Shown: positions 16,931-27,303, numbered from the stretch's first letter. The stretch is DNA of 64,000 bases from Candidatus Shapirobacteria bacterium (GCA_020059745.1 JAGVBK010000002.1:2414-66413), one strand, 5' to 3'. Numbers and translations: made by a program. Notes: generated by a model not told the origin, from the letters alone.

Positions 16931-18712
16931 ATGGAAGAACAGAAACAAAAACTAAAAATACTGGAAACATTAAGACACAGCGCAAGCCATTTGCTGGCGG
17001 CGGCAGTGCTTGAAATGTGGCCAGAAACCAAGCTTGGAATCGGCCCTGCCATTGAAAACGGCTTTTATTATGACTTTGACTTTAAAGAGCCAATCACAGA
17101 GGCAGACCTTCCCAAAATTGAAGAAAAAATGGCGGAAATTAAAAAAAGGAATCTTACCATTACATGCAGAGAAGTCTTAATAAATGAAGCCAAAGAAATA
17201 TTTAAAGACCAGCCCTTTAAGCTTGAACTCATAAACGACCTTGAAAAAGATGAGGGGATTAAAAAAGTCAGCCTTTATAAGTTGGGGAGTTTTGAGGATT
17301 TATGCCGTGGTCCTCATCTGGAAAACTCCAACCTGATCGGCCCTTTCAAGCTCCTTTCGCTCGCCGGCGCTTACTGGAAAGGGAATGAAAAAAATAAAAT
17401 GTTAACCAGGATTTACGGCACCTCATTTTCTTCACAAAAAGAGCTTGACAGCTACTTAAATTTTCTCAAGGAAGCCGAGCTAAGAAACCATCGGAAAATC
17501 GGCAAAGACCTGGATTTATTCAGCATTAACGAAAATGTCGGCCCTGGGCTTATTCTTTGGCATCCGAAATTATCCGCCACCAGAGAGGTGATCGAAGAAT
17601 ATTGGCGCAAAGAACACCGCAAAAGGGGATACCAATATATATATTCTCCCCATATCGGACTTGATAATCTTTGGAAAACCTCCGGACATCTTGATTTCTT
17701 TGAAGAGGGGATGTATCCGCCGATGCTAATGGAAAGCAAAGATAAAAAAGAAAAAACCCGGTATTTCATAAAACCAATGAATTGCCCTTTTCATATTTTG
17801 ATTTATAAAAACCGGCCTCGAAGCTATCGCGAATTACCAATAAGATATTGTGAACTGGGAACAGTTTACCGCTATGAAGAATCCGGGGTCTTAAATGGGA
17901 TGCTTAGGGTAAGAGGCTTTACTCAAGACGATGCCCATCTTATTGTCAGGGAAGATCAATTTGTCGAAGAAGTAAACAAAGTGTTGGACTTTGCTCTTGA
18001 ATTAAACAAGGCTTTTGGGTTTGACAAGCTCAAAGTTTACCTGTCTCTCAGAGATCCAGAAAATAAAGACAAATATGTAGGTAGTGAAGAAAACTGGCAG
18101 TTAGCGGAAAAAACACTCAAGGAAATTTTAGAAAAAAGAAAGGTGGAATATAGAGAAGATGTCGGGGGGGCAAAATTCTACGGACCAGCGATTGATCTTA
18201 AGGCAGTAGACAGCCTGGGCAGAGAATGGCAGGGAACAACAATCCAGCTAGATTTCAACGAACCCCAAAAATTCGAGATGACTTATATTGGTAAAGATGG
18301 AAAAGAGCACGCCCCTATTATGCTTCACCGCACCTTGCTTGGCTCAATGGAAAGGTTTGTCGCAACCTTGATTGAACAATATGCCGGCGCATTTCCGGTT
18401 TGGCTTGCACCGGTTCAGGTAAAAGTAATTCCTATCTCCGAGAAAAACTTAGAATACGGAAAGAAAATCACTGAAAAAATGATTGAGGAAAATATTAGGG
18501 TTGAGCTTGACGACAGGGATGAAAGAATGCAGGCAAAAATTAGGGACGCAGAACACGAAAAAGTGCCTTACATGCTTATAGTCGGAGCCAAAGAAGAGCG
18601 GGGCAATGCCGTTAGCGTCAGAATGAGAGGGGAAAAAGACCTCGGACCCCAAGCCTTCAGTGACTTTTTTAAGCAAATTAGTGAAGATATTGATAAAAAA
18701 AGGCAAGTTTGA
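16931..18712 (+). CDS. thrS: Threonine--tRNA ligase
   Basis: LRHSASHL, DLCRGPH, KPMNCPFH, RVRGFTQDDAH, HRTLLGSMERF. Confidence 0.98.
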   Translation: MEEQKQKLKILETLRHSASHLLAAAVLEMWPETKLGIGPAIENGFYYDFDFKEPITEADLPKIEEKMAEIKKRNLTITCREVLINEAKEIFKDQPFKLELINDLEKDEGIKKVSLYKLGSFEDLCRGPHLENSNLIGPFKLLSLAGAYWKGNEKNKMLTRIYGTSFSSQKELDSYLNFLKEAELRNHRKIGKDLDLFSINENVGPGLILWHPKLSATREVIEEYWRKEHRKRGYQYIYSPHIGLDNLWKTSGHLDFFEEGMYPPMLMESKDKKEKTRYFIKPMNCPFHILIYKNRPRSYRELPIRYCELGTVYRYEESGVLNGMLRVRGFTQDDAHLIVREDQFVEEVNKVLDFALELNKAFGFDKLKVYLSLRDPENKDKYVGSEENWQLAEKTLKEILEKRKVEYREDVGGAKFYGPAIDLKAVDSLGREWQGTTIQLDFNEPQKFEMTYIGKDGKEHAPIMLHRTLLGSMERFVATLIEQYAGAFPVWLAPVQVKVIPISEKNLEYGKKITEKMIEENIRVELDDRDERMQAKIRDAEHEKVPYMLIVGAKEERGNAVSVRMRGEKDLGPQAFSDFFKQISEDIDKKRQV

Positions 18713-18779
18713 TAAACTATGCTCTGATTGAAAACACGCGAAATGAACTTTGCGGGTTTTTGGGAAAATAAAACAAATC

Positions 18780-19340
18780 GTGGGAAAATTTTACCGAATT
18801 AATCAATACATACAAGCAAGAGAGGTTAGGGTTGTTGATGAAAAAGGCAAACAAATTGGCGTAATGCCGATTTTTAATGCCATTCAGAAAGCAAAAGAAC
18901 TGGGCGGTGACCTTATTGAGGTTGCCCCGAACGCTAAACCTCCGGTGTGTAAAATAATAGACTTTAAGAAATTTAAATATCTTGAAGCTAAAAAAGAAAG
19001 AGAAGAAAAAAGAGGACAAAAAGGAGGAGAGCTTAAAGAAGTAAGGCTGTCTCCGTTTATTGCCTCCAATGATTTAAACACCAGAGTTAAAAGGGCAAAA
19101 GAATTTTTAGAAGACGGCGACAAGGTAAAAATCAGGGTTAGATTTTCAGGAAGGGAACTAGGTAAAAAAGAGTTCGGGTTAAAAATAATTAACCAAATTA
19201 CTGAGAAGCTTAAAGATATTTCTGCCCCCGAAGGAGAGCCAAGATTTCAGGGAAGAGAAATGTTTTTAACCCTCTCACCGATAAAACAAAACATAAAAAA
19301 ACAAACAGAAGAACCAGAGGGAGAACAAAATGAAGAATAA
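18780..19340 (+). CDS. infC: Translation initiation factor IF-3 (start uncertain: ATC 18777, GTG 18780 or TTG 18750)
   Basis: RINQYIQAREVRVVD, DLIEVAPNAKPPVCKIIDF, KEVRL, GDKVKI..FSGRE. Confidence 0.95.
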   Translation: MGKFYRINQYIQAREVRVVDEKGKQIGVMPIFNAIQKAKELGGDLIEVAPNAKPPVCKIIDFKKFKYLEAKKEREEKRGQKGGELKEVRLSPFIASNDLNTRVKRAKEFLEDGDKVKIRVRFSGRELGKKEFGLKIINQITEKLKDISAPEGEPRFQGREMFLTLSPIKQNIKKQTEEPEGEQNEE

Positions 19341-19530
19341 AATGAAAACAAAAAAATCAGTGTTAAGAAGAGTAAAAATTACTGCCAGCGGCAAGATCCT
19401 TCACGGCTCTAATTTCAAAAGACACTTAAGAAGAAACAAAACAAAATCTCAGCTAAGAAGACTTAAAAAAACAAAAGAGTTTTCTTCTGCCGTTAATTTA
19501 AAAGTTAAAAAAGCGCTAGGAGTATCATGA
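19330..19530 (+). CDS. rpmI: 50S ribosomal protein L35
   Basis: KMKTKKSVLRRVKITASGKI; lies between infC and rplT. Confidence 0.93.
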   Translation: MKNKMKTKKSVLRRVKITASGKILHGSNFKRHLRRNKTKSQLRRLKKTKEFSSAVNLKVKKALGVS

Positions 19531-19871
19531 GAGTAAAAACAGGATTTTCAAGAAAAAGAGCTCATAAAAAGGTTTTAAAGCAAGCCAAAGGTTACCGGAT
19601 GACCAAAAGAAGGCTTATTAAAGTCGCCAAAGAAGCCTTGCTTCATGCCGGAGTCTACGCTTACGCAGGAAGAAAGCAAAAAAAGCAGGAACAAAGAAAA
19701 CTTTGGATTACAAGAATAAACGGCGCTTTAACTGACACCGGGCTTTCATACAGCAATTTTGTTAAGGCAATGAAGGACAAAAATATTGAACTTGATAGAA
19801 AAGTTTTAGCGCAAATCATAAAAGAAGATCCTGAAGCCTTTAAAAAAATCGTTGAAGAGGTTAAAGGATAA
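19527..19871 (+). CDS. rplT: 50S ribosomal protein L20
   Basis: MRVKTG..HKKVLKQAKGY..LWITRIN..LDRKVLA. Confidence 0.97.
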   Translation: MRVKTGFSRKRAHKKVLKQAKGYRMTKRRLIKVAKEALLHAGVYAYAGRKQKKQEQRKLWITRINGALTDTGLSYSNFVKAMKDKNIELDRKVLAQIIKEDPEAFKKIVEEVKG

Positions 19872-19881
19872 ATGTTAATTA

Positions 19882-20055
19882 AAGGCAATGAAGGGGAGAT
19901 GTTCGCCCCGGAGCTGTCCCGCTGAACTTACAGTAAGCGGGACCGGGATTCGCTTCGTCAAAGCGAAAAGGTGTGTCGCCTGAAAAGGACGGAGCACTTT
20001 CTTAAAGTTAAATAAACAGCAGAAAGTAGTCCCGCCGTTGGCGGGATTTTTTTTT
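19882..20055 (+). promoter_or_regulatory. T-box-like pheS leader (Phe specifier) lacking a visible antiterminator, ending in a terminator
   Basis: GGC-AATGAA-GGGG-AGATG(TTC)G-CCCC-GGA-GCT stem I; further hairpins; TCCCGCC-GTT-GGCGGGA then T-run. Confidence 0.6.
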
Positions 20056-20084
20056 AAGAATCATGTAAGCTATAAATAGCAAAA

Positions 20085-21131
20085 ATGATTAAAAACCAAG
20101 TAAATAACCTGAAAAATGAGGCAGTAGGAGAAATCCTTGAAGCCAAAGACGAAAAAACACTGGAAGAAATCAGAACTAGGTTTTTGGGCAGGTCGGGAAA
20201 GATAAACGAACTGACAAAAGAAATACCCAAGTTTTCTTCTGAAGAAAAGGAAGAAATCGGCAAGCTTATTAACGAAACTAAAAAAACCATTGAAAGTCTC
20301 CTTTCTGAAACTAAAACAAAGTTAAACAGTAAAAAAGAAAAAGAAGAATGGTTTGATGTCACTCTCCCGGGAGAAAAAGTTCCTTTGGGCAGCTTACACC
20401 TGATCACAAAAACCATAAATGAAATTTCAGATATTTTTGCCAGAATTGGCTTTAAAAGAGCCAGATACCCTGAGGTAGAATGGGATTGGTATGCCTTCGA
20501 AGGGCTTAATTTTCCGGAAAATCATCCCGCAAGAGACGAATGGGAAACTTTTTTTGTCGATAACCTTTACAGCAAAAAATATGGCCGGGGGCTTTTAACC
20601 CCGCACACCTCTTCTGGCCAATTAAGGGAAATGGAAGCTACTAAACCCCCAATAAGAATGCTTAACATCGCCAAATGCTACCGCCGTCAGTCAGACATTT
20701 CTCATTCCCCAATGTTTTACCAGTTTGAAGGTTTGGTTGTAGACAAAGGCATTAACATTACCCATCTAAAAGGAACGCTTGATTATTTTTTCAAACAGTT
20801 TTTCGGTCCAAAAAGAGAGGCAAGAATCAGGCCTTTTCATTTTCAGTTTACCGAGCCTTCTTTTGAGGTTGATGTTTCTTGTTCTGAGTGTTTAGGGACA
20901 GGAAAACTAAAAAATGGCGAGGTTTGCCGTGTTTGCAAAGAAGGCTGGCTGGAAATAGGAGGAGCAGGCATGGTTCATCCGAATGTTTTAAAGAACGGAG
21001 GCATTGATCCTGAAGAGTTTACCGGGTTTGCCTTTGGTTGGGGAGTGGAAAGGGTTTTAATGATGAAATACGGCATCGGTGACATAAGATTGCTTTTCGA
21101 GGGAGATTTAAGATTTTTAAAACAATTTTAA
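20085..21131 (+). CDS. pheS: Phenylalanine--tRNA ligase alpha subunit
   Basis: HPARD, PHTS, CYRR, FQFTEPS.EVD, GAGMVHP, GFAFGWGVER. Confidence 0.97.
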   Translation: MIKNQVNNLKNEAVGEILEAKDEKTLEEIRTRFLGRSGKINELTKEIPKFSSEEKEEIGKLINETKKTIESLLSETKTKLNSKKEKEEWFDVTLPGEKVPLGSLHLITKTINEISDIFARIGFKRARYPEVEWDWYAFEGLNFPENHPARDEWETFFVDNLYSKKYGRGLLTPHTSSGQLREMEATKPPIRMLNIAKCYRRQSDISHSPMFYQFEGLVVDKGINITHLKGTLDYFFKQFFGPKREARIRPFHFQFTEPSFEVDVSCSECLGTGKLKNGEVCRVCKEGWLEIGGAGMVHPNVLKNGGIDPEEFTGFAFGWGVERVLMMKYGIGDIRLLFEGDLRFLKQF

Positions 21132-21137
21132 TTTAAT

Positions 21138-23183
21138 ATGAATATTGTAATTCCCGATTCCTGGTTAAGAGAATACATAAAAACCGAGGCAAAACCAACC
21201 GAAATTGCCAAGTATCTTTCTTTATGCAGCCAGTCAGTGGAAAGACTGGAAAAAACCGGAGTAGATTTTATTTATGACATTGAAATTACTACAAACCGGC
21301 CTGACTGCATGTCGGTTTACGGAATCGCCCGCGAACTTTCTGCGATTTTACCAAGATTTGACATTAAAGCAGAGCTCCTTCCTATTCCCCAAGAAAATCT
21401 TAAAGTAAGTCCACAAAAGAAAAAACTGAATTTTGAGGTAGAGATTACCAAGCCATCCCTTTGTCCAAGATTTACCGCTCTTGTCTTTGATAGTGTTGTT
21501 ATCAAAACTTCTCCGAGGTTTGTTAAGGATAGGCTTGAAAAAGCTGGAATCAGGAGTTTAAACAATGTCATTGATATTTCAAACTATTTAATGATTGAGC
21601 TTGGCCAGCCCATGCATACTTTTGACTATGACAAAATCGGCCAAGGGAAAATGATTTTAAGGGAATCAAAACCAGGCGAAAAAATAGTTACCCTGGACGG
21701 CCAAACCAGACTTCTTGCGCCGGGAACTACAATTATTGAAGACGGAGACGGAAGGATAATTGATTTGTGTGGCATTATGGGAGGAAAAAATTCAGAAGTT
21801 GATGAAAACACCAAGAGGGTCCTTTTATTTGTCCAAACTTATGATCCCCTAAGAATTAGGAGAGCCTGCCAAGCCCTTTCTTTCAGAACTGATGCTGCCA
21901 GCAGGTTTGAAAAAGGAGTTGACCCAGAAGGAGTGATGATTGCAATGAAAAGAGCAACCGGGCTTTTTAAGGACTGGGCTCATGCAGAAACAGCAAGCAA
22001 GCTTTATGATATTTATCCAAACCCGCCAAAGCAAAAAAAAGTAACCCTCAGAAAAGAAAAATTAAACGCTGTCACAGGGCTCGAAGTAAAAGTTGAAAAT
22101 GCGGCTAAAATCCTTACAAGTTTAGGTTTTGCCACAGAAATAAAAAACTCAGGGCAAATAGTTTCTGAAGTTCCACATTGGCGCGATCAAGACATAAATA
22201 TTCCCGAGGATTTAGTTGAAGAAATTGCCAGAATTTACGGCTACTTTAATTTACCAAACGTTTTGCCGCCAATAAGCTTTCCTCAAAAGCCTGATCCAAT
22301 CTTTGAACTGGAAAATATTCTTAAACAGAGTCTCAAATACCGTGGCTTTACGGAAGTGCCGACTTACTCCCTGGTAAGCGCGGAAATGCTTAACAAGGCC
22401 AAAATCGAAAAAGAAAACCTGCTAAAACTTTCAAACCCCCTTTCTGAGGAGCTCTTATATTTAAGAACTTCTCTTCTTCCCAGCTTAATCGCGGTTGTCT
22501 CCAAAAATATTAACCTGATCCTTCAGAAAACTGAAGAAAACGAAAATAAGATTAAAATTTTTGAGCTTTCAAATGTATATATTCCGCAAGACAGCGAAAC
22601 TCTTCCTAAAGAAGTCCCCACCTTGACTTTTATAATTGCCGAGGGTGATTTTTTTGAAGCCAAAGGTATTCTTGAGTCGCTTATTTACGATCTCAATGTT
22701 TCAGGCATTAACTATCAAAATACAGAAGAGGATAGCCTCGTTAATCATTTAAAAGCCGCTGATATTGTTGCCGGTAAAGATAAAATCGGCAGAGTGGGGG
22801 AACTTAGCAAAGAAATGCTCCTCAATTTTGGCGTCAACTTAAAAGTATCGTTCTTGGAACTTGATTTAAGTCTCCTTTTAGAAAAAGCTTTTAAAGAAAA
22901 AAAGCTTATTCCCATACCTAAATATCCTCCGATCATTGAGGACATGACCTTCATTATTCCCGACAAGGTAACAGTTTCTTCGGTAATTCAATCTATAAAA
23001 CTATCCAGTTCTTTAATTAAAAGCGTCAGCTTAATCAACTCTTACGACAACTCAAGAACTTTCAGAATCACTTTTCAGTCAAGGGAAAGAAATTTAACAG
23101 ATAAAGACACTCTAAAAATCCGAGGAGAAATTATCACTAACCTTTCAAAGTTAGGAGTTAATCTTAAACAAAAAGAGGGCTAA
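21138..23183 (+). CDS. pheT: Phenylalanine--tRNA ligase beta subunit (no B2 OB-fold)
   Basis: EITTNRPDC, NNVIDISNY..ELGQPMHTFD, TDAASRFEKG, DLVEEIARIYGY. Confidence 0.95.
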   Translation: MNIVIPDSWLREYIKTEAKPTEIAKYLSLCSQSVERLEKTGVDFIYDIEITTNRPDCMSVYGIARELSAILPRFDIKAELLPIPQENLKVSPQKKKLNFEVEITKPSLCPRFTALVFDSVVIKTSPRFVKDRLEKAGIRSLNNVIDISNYLMIELGQPMHTFDYDKIGQGKMILRESKPGEKIVTLDGQTRLLAPGTTIIEDGDGRIIDLCGIMGGKNSEVDENTKRVLLFVQTYDPLRIRRACQALSFRTDAASRFEKGVDPEGVMIAMKRATGLFKDWAHAETASKLYDIYPNPPKQKKVTLRKEKLNAVTGLEVKVENAAKILTSLGFATEIKNSGQIVSEVPHWRDQDINIPEDLVEEIARIYGYFNLPNVLPPISFPQKPDPIFELENILKQSLKYRGFTEVPTYSLVSAEMLNKAKIEKENLLKLSNPLSEELLYLRTSLLPSLIAVVSKNINLILQKTEENENKIKIFELSNVYIPQDSETLPKEVPTLTFIIAEGDFFEAKGILESLIYDLNVSGINYQNTEEDSLVNHLKAADIVAGKDKIGRVGELSKEMLLNFGVNLKVSFLELDLSLLLEKAFKEKKLIPIPKYPPIIEDMTFIIPDKVTVSSVIQSIKLSSSLIKSVSLINSYDNSRTFRITFQSRERNLTDKDTLKIRGEIITNLSKLGVNLKQKEG

Positions 23184-23185
23184 AT

Positions 23186-25837
23186 TCATTCGTCCGAGGT
23201 AGGTACCGGAGTCGGCTGAGGAGTATTGGTTGGCTGGGGGGTGGCGGTTGGCTCAACATAATCCCAAGGAACATTTACTCCAATTTTTATTTCCGAAGAG
23301 CCTTCATGGTCCTTCTCGTCTTTAGCTTCCGCTTTTATTGTATATGTTCCATCAGAGAGAGTAAGATCAAACTCATAAGGCCTTGAGCTAAAAGCTTTCT
23401 TTTCCTGGCCGTTAACATAAATTTTTACACTTTTAATATCGTAAGAGGAAACTGGCTTAACTTTTACAGTAAAACTGGAGCCTTGCTGTGACCTGTCGCC
23501 CGGGCTTTCAAAAATAACATGAACCTGGTCCGAAGTGTTGCAATACTCGGTCGGTGGGTGATAGCGGGAATCCTGTTGTTTGGAAAGCCAGTCGTCAATG
23601 CCTTTCTGCCAACGGTTAAGCTCCCCGGAAGCGGCAAAGGGGTCTTTCTCTTTAAAAATGAAATACTCCTTTTCTTCATAGTCTCCCCGGGCAATGTCAA
23701 CCAGTGTGGCCAATTTACCCTGAGACCGGCAAAGCTTTAATTTTTTGTGAATGGGGTCTTCTCCTACAGGTTCTGTTCCTTGAATAAAGTATTCGGTTCT
23801 TTGTGGAAATCCGTCATGGGCTCTGTAACCAGAGACAGTATCAACTTCAGCAGTCACAATTCCGGGCGGAATTTCAAATTCTTCAACCGGCAGATTTTTT
23901 AAAGCCTCAAGAATTGTCTTCCTCCAAATCGGAGTAGCGCCGGAAACACCGGAAGCAACTTGTTTCATTGAAGTGTTATCATTATTACCCACCCAGGCAG
24001 CCACCAAAATCTGCGGAGTCCAGCCAATAGCCCAGTTGTCTTTTTTGTCATTGGTAGTCCCGGTTTTTACTGCCACTTGGCGGTTTGGAATTTTAAGCAA
24101 ACTGTTTAAGCCAAAGGTCATTTCGCGGGCAGTATTATCAGAAAGAATATGGGAAATTAAAAAAGCTTCCGGCTCGGTAAGAACCCTTTTCCCGGGAATG
24201 GAATTCATCTCTTCCAAAACATTACCATCTTTATCCGTTACTTTCAGGATTGCCAAAGGCTCGGTTTTAAGACCGCCGTTGGCAAAAGCGCAATAGGAAG
24301 AAGCAAGCTCAATCATTTTTATTTCGCCGCCGCCTAAAGTCACTGATAAACCCAAGCGGGAAAGGTTTTCCTTTGTCGGCTCAAGGGTGGAAAGACCCAT
24401 ATTATAGGCAGTGGTTAACATATCTTTAATTCCCACCAAAGCTAGGGTTTTAACAGCGGTAATGTTAATTGAATTTCCCAACGAATACCTTAACTGCATA
24501 GGTCCGTGTTCCTTACCGTCATAATTAGTAGGAATATAGTCGGGTTTCCCGGTTCCTCCGGGAAAGGAGGTAAGAGTATCCATGAGCATAAAAGAAGGAG
24601 AGTAGCCTTCTTTTAAAGCAGTCACATAAGTTACCGGCTTAATGGCGCTTCCCGGCTGGCGCAAGCCTTGAGTTACTACATTAAACTTGCCGTCATAGTC
24701 GGGATCGTCATAACTTTTACTGCCTACCATTGCTAGAATTTCTCCTGTTTTAGTGTTTAGAACTACGGAAGCGCCATTAGTGATATGATAATTTTCAACT
24801 TTTTCAATTTCAGAAGAGACAATTTCCTGAGCTTTTTCCTGAAGTTCCAAATCAAGAGTAGTAGTCACTCTCATGCCGCCAAGTTCAACCGCTTTTTCGC
24901 CATATCGTTCCTCAAGGATTTTTTTTACATGCATAACAAAATGGGGCGCTTTGAGTGTTCCGCTTTGAGTGGAAAACTCAAGGGTATCAATTTCTTTAAT
25001 CGAAACTTCTTCTTCCTCTGGGGAAATATAGCCGTCTTCCTTCATTCTTCTTAACACCGCCTCTGTTCTTTCTTTATAGCCGGTCGGGTCCTGGCCGTAA
25101 GGAGAATAACGAGTCGGGCTTTGGGGCAAACCTGCCAAAAAAGCAGACTCAGTTAAAGAAAGCTCCGAAGCGCTTTTGGCAAAATAGGTTCTGGCTGCTT
25201 CTTCAACACCCCAGATTGTCCCTCCGTAAGGGGCTTCGTTTAAATACATCTGCAAAATCTGGTCTTTTGAATATTTTGACTCAATTTCCAAAGCCAAAAC
25301 AAACTCTTTTATTTTTCTTTTAATTGATCTTTCCGGGGTTAAAAGAACATTTTTAACCAGCTGCTGGGTTAAGGTAGATCCTCCTTGAAGCCGGCGCCTG
25401 GCAAAAATTGTGTAGTAAAAAGAGCGAAGATATCCCTTGGGATCAAAGCCTCCGTGGGTGTAGAATTCTTTATCTTCAATCGCCACTGTCGCTTTTTTTA
25501 AATGATCTGAAACTTCATAAAGCTGAACAGGAGTTCTCTTTTGTGATTCGTAAACATCGTAAATAAGCTTGCCATTGCGGTCAAAGATTTTAGTGGCAAA
25601 GCCTTCTTTTCTGACGATCCTGTCAGGCCGGGGAAGTTCTCTAGCCAAAACTACCAACAAAATTCCGGTTAAAAGAGAAAAAGCGATAACAGAAACAAAA
25701 GCCACAAAAGCCACCAGGGCAAAAATCCTTGATTTATCAAACTTTTTGCTTTTTGAAAGAAAATTTCGGTAAGATTGAGGCTGGCGTATTTGCCAAAGCC
25801 TTCTTTTCCAAACACTGCGCCAGCTTAAATTGGACAT
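23186..25837 (-). CDS. Class A penicillin-binding protein (transglycosylase + transpeptidase + Ig-like tail)
   Basis: AIEDKEFYTH, QGGSTLTQQLVKN, RKIKE, QPGSAIKP, SIN, KTGTT. Confidence 0.95.
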   Translation of the reverse strand: MSNLSWRSVWKRRLWQIRQPQSYRNFLSKSKKFDKSRIFALVAFVAFVSVIAFSLLTGILLVVLARELPRPDRIVRKEGFATKIFDRNGKLIYDVYESQKRTPVQLYEVSDHLKKATVAIEDKEFYTHGGFDPKGYLRSFYYTIFARRRLQGGSTLTQQLVKNVLLTPERSIKRKIKEFVLALEIESKYSKDQILQMYLNEAPYGGTIWGVEEAARTYFAKSASELSLTESAFLAGLPQSPTRYSPYGQDPTGYKERTEAVLRRMKEDGYISPEEEEVSIKEIDTLEFSTQSGTLKAPHFVMHVKKILEERYGEKAVELGGMRVTTTLDLELQEKAQEIVSSEIEKVENYHITNGASVVLNTKTGEILAMVGSKSYDDPDYDGKFNVVTQGLRQPGSAIKPVTYVTALKEGYSPSFMLMDTLTSFPGGTGKPDYIPTNYDGKEHGPMQLRYSLGNSINITAVKTLALVGIKDMLTTAYNMGLSTLEPTKENLSRLGLSVTLGGGEIKMIELASSYCAFANGGLKTEPLAILKVTDKDGNVLEEMNSIPGKRVLTEPEAFLISHILSDNTAREMTFGLNSLLKIPNRQVAVKTGTTNDKKDNWAIGWTPQILVAAWVGNNDNTSMKQVASGVSGATPIWRKTILEALKNLPVEEFEIPPGIVTAEVDTVSGYRAHDGFPQRTEYFIQGTEPVGEDPIHKKLKLCRSQGKLATLVDIARGDYEEKEYFIFKEKDPFAASGELNRWQKGIDDWLSKQQDSRYHPPTEYCNTSDQVHVIFESPGDRSQQGSSFTVKVKPVSSYDIKSVKIYVNGQEKKAFSSRPYEFDLTLSDGTYTIKAEAKDEKDHEGSSEIKIGVNVPWDYVEPTATPQPTNTPQPTPVPTSDE

Positions 25838-25899
25838 TACTTAAATATAACATTAAAGAAAGGGCAAAGCAAAATTAGTATGCTATAATTATTTAGTTC

Positions 25900-27183
25900 A
25901 TGACAGTCGAAAGGTTTATGAAAAAAAAGCAAAATTCAAAAGAAATATCTCTAACAAATCAAAATGAAATATTACAAGCAAAGGTGGACGAAATCCTAAA
26001 TCGTGGAGTTGTAGATATAATTGACAAAGAAAATCTCCAGAGAAGGATGCAAAGTGGAGAAAAACTTCGGATTAAGCTTGGCATTGATCCTACTGGGCCA
26101 AATATTCATATTGGCAGAGGTTCAACTCTTAAAAAACTGAGAGAATTTCAAGAACTTGGACATCAAATTATCTTGATTATTGGAGATGGAACAGCAGTTA
26201 TAGGTGATGCTTCCGACAAAGTTTCTCTTCGCCCAATGTTAACTCCACAACAAATTGCTGAAAACGAAAGAAATTATCTTGAACAAATAGGAAGAATAAT
26301 TGACTTAGATGAAACAGAAATTCATCACAACAGTGAGTGGATAGGAAGACTTACCCCTTCTGAATGGATAAAACTGGCCAGTATTTTTACTGTACAACAA
26401 ATAATCGAGAGAGAGAATTTTGCGGAGAGAATTAAGAGAGGAGACCCTGTTGGCCTTCACGAAACTTTGTATCCTTTACTTCAAGGATGGGATTCTGTGA
26501 ATATTTCAGCCGACCTAGAAATTGGTGGAACAGACCAACTCTTTAACCTGTTGGCGGGTAGAAAAATTCAGGAGCAGTTTGGACAGAAGCCCCAAGATAT
26601 AATGACGTTACAACTGCTAGCCGGAACAGACGGCAGAAAAATGAGCACCAGTTGGGGAAATGTTATTTTGATAATTGACTCTCCCGAAGAAAAGTATGGA
26701 AAAATAATGAGAATTTCCGATCAGCTCATTCCTGTTTATATGGAAATTGCAACAGATATTCCAATGGAAAGAGTCAAAGAAGTTAGAGTGCTCCTCGAAG
26801 AAGATAAAGGAAACCCCATGGATTACAAAAAAGAGCTTGCCTTCAACCTGGTAAAGTTATACGACGGCAGAAAGGCTGCGATAGCCGCGCAGGATCATTT
26901 CGAAAAAATTGTTCAAGAAAAAGAACTTCCCGAGATAATCCCGACATTCACTACTGAAAGTAAAATTGGTATTGATGATTTGGTTACTCTAATGATTAGA
27001 TCAAATATTGTCAAAAGTAAATCTGAAGCTAGACGACTAATAAAACAAGGAGGAGTGAAACTCCAAGATGAAAAAATTGAACTTTCAGAAAAAATAGCAA
27101 TTGTGGTCCCATCTGAAAAAGAAGGAGGGGTAATAATTAGAGCAGGAAAAAGACAATTTCTTAGATTAATATCTAAAAAATAG
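25900..27183 (+). CDS. tyrS: Tyrosine--tRNA ligase
   Basis: KLGIDPTG..HIGR, YPLLQGWD, EIGGTDQLFN, KMSTS, S4 domain SKSEARRLIKQGGV. Confidence 0.95.
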   Translation: MTVERFMKKKQNSKEISLTNQNEILQAKVDEILNRGVVDIIDKENLQRRMQSGEKLRIKLGIDPTGPNIHIGRGSTLKKLREFQELGHQIILIIGDGTAVIGDASDKVSLRPMLTPQQIAENERNYLEQIGRIIDLDETEIHHNSEWIGRLTPSEWIKLASIFTVQQIIERENFAERIKRGDPVGLHETLYPLLQGWDSVNISADLEIGGTDQLFNLLAGRKIQEQFGQKPQDIMTLQLLAGTDGRKMSTSWGNVILIIDSPEEKYGKIMRISDQLIPVYMEIATDIPMERVKEVRVLLEEDKGNPMDYKKELAFNLVKLYDGRKAAIAAQDHFEKIVQEKELPEIIPTFTTESKIGIDDLVTLMIRSNIVKSKSEARRLIKQGGVKLQDEKIELSEKIAIVVPSEKEGGVIIRAGKRQFLRLISKK

Positions 27184-27210
27184 ATAACAATTAGAAAGGA
27201 GGTGGAATTA

Positions 27211-27303
27211 ATGTCTGCATTTTTTTACCTGATTAAAGGAATATTCTCGATAAACAAAAAAAGTAGAGAAATTACTTCCTTTATTTCTAGATACCTAAAT
27301 TAA
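27211..27303 (+). CDS. 30-aa ORF (candidate RiPP precursor, or frameshifted N-terminus of the next gene)
   Basis: AGAAAGGAGGTG SD; MSAFFYLIKGIFSINKKSREITSFISRYLN*. Confidence 0.5.
   Translation: MSAFFYLIKGIFSINKKSREITSFISRYLN

Noticed and set aside
18731-18761. Hairpin before infC as an L20 leader
   Set aside because: Only one imperfect stem is visible; insufficient to assign the L20-binding structure.
20880-20936. CxxC..CxxC insert in PheS
   Set aside because: A zinc-finger-like insert at this position is known in many bacterial PheS proteins.
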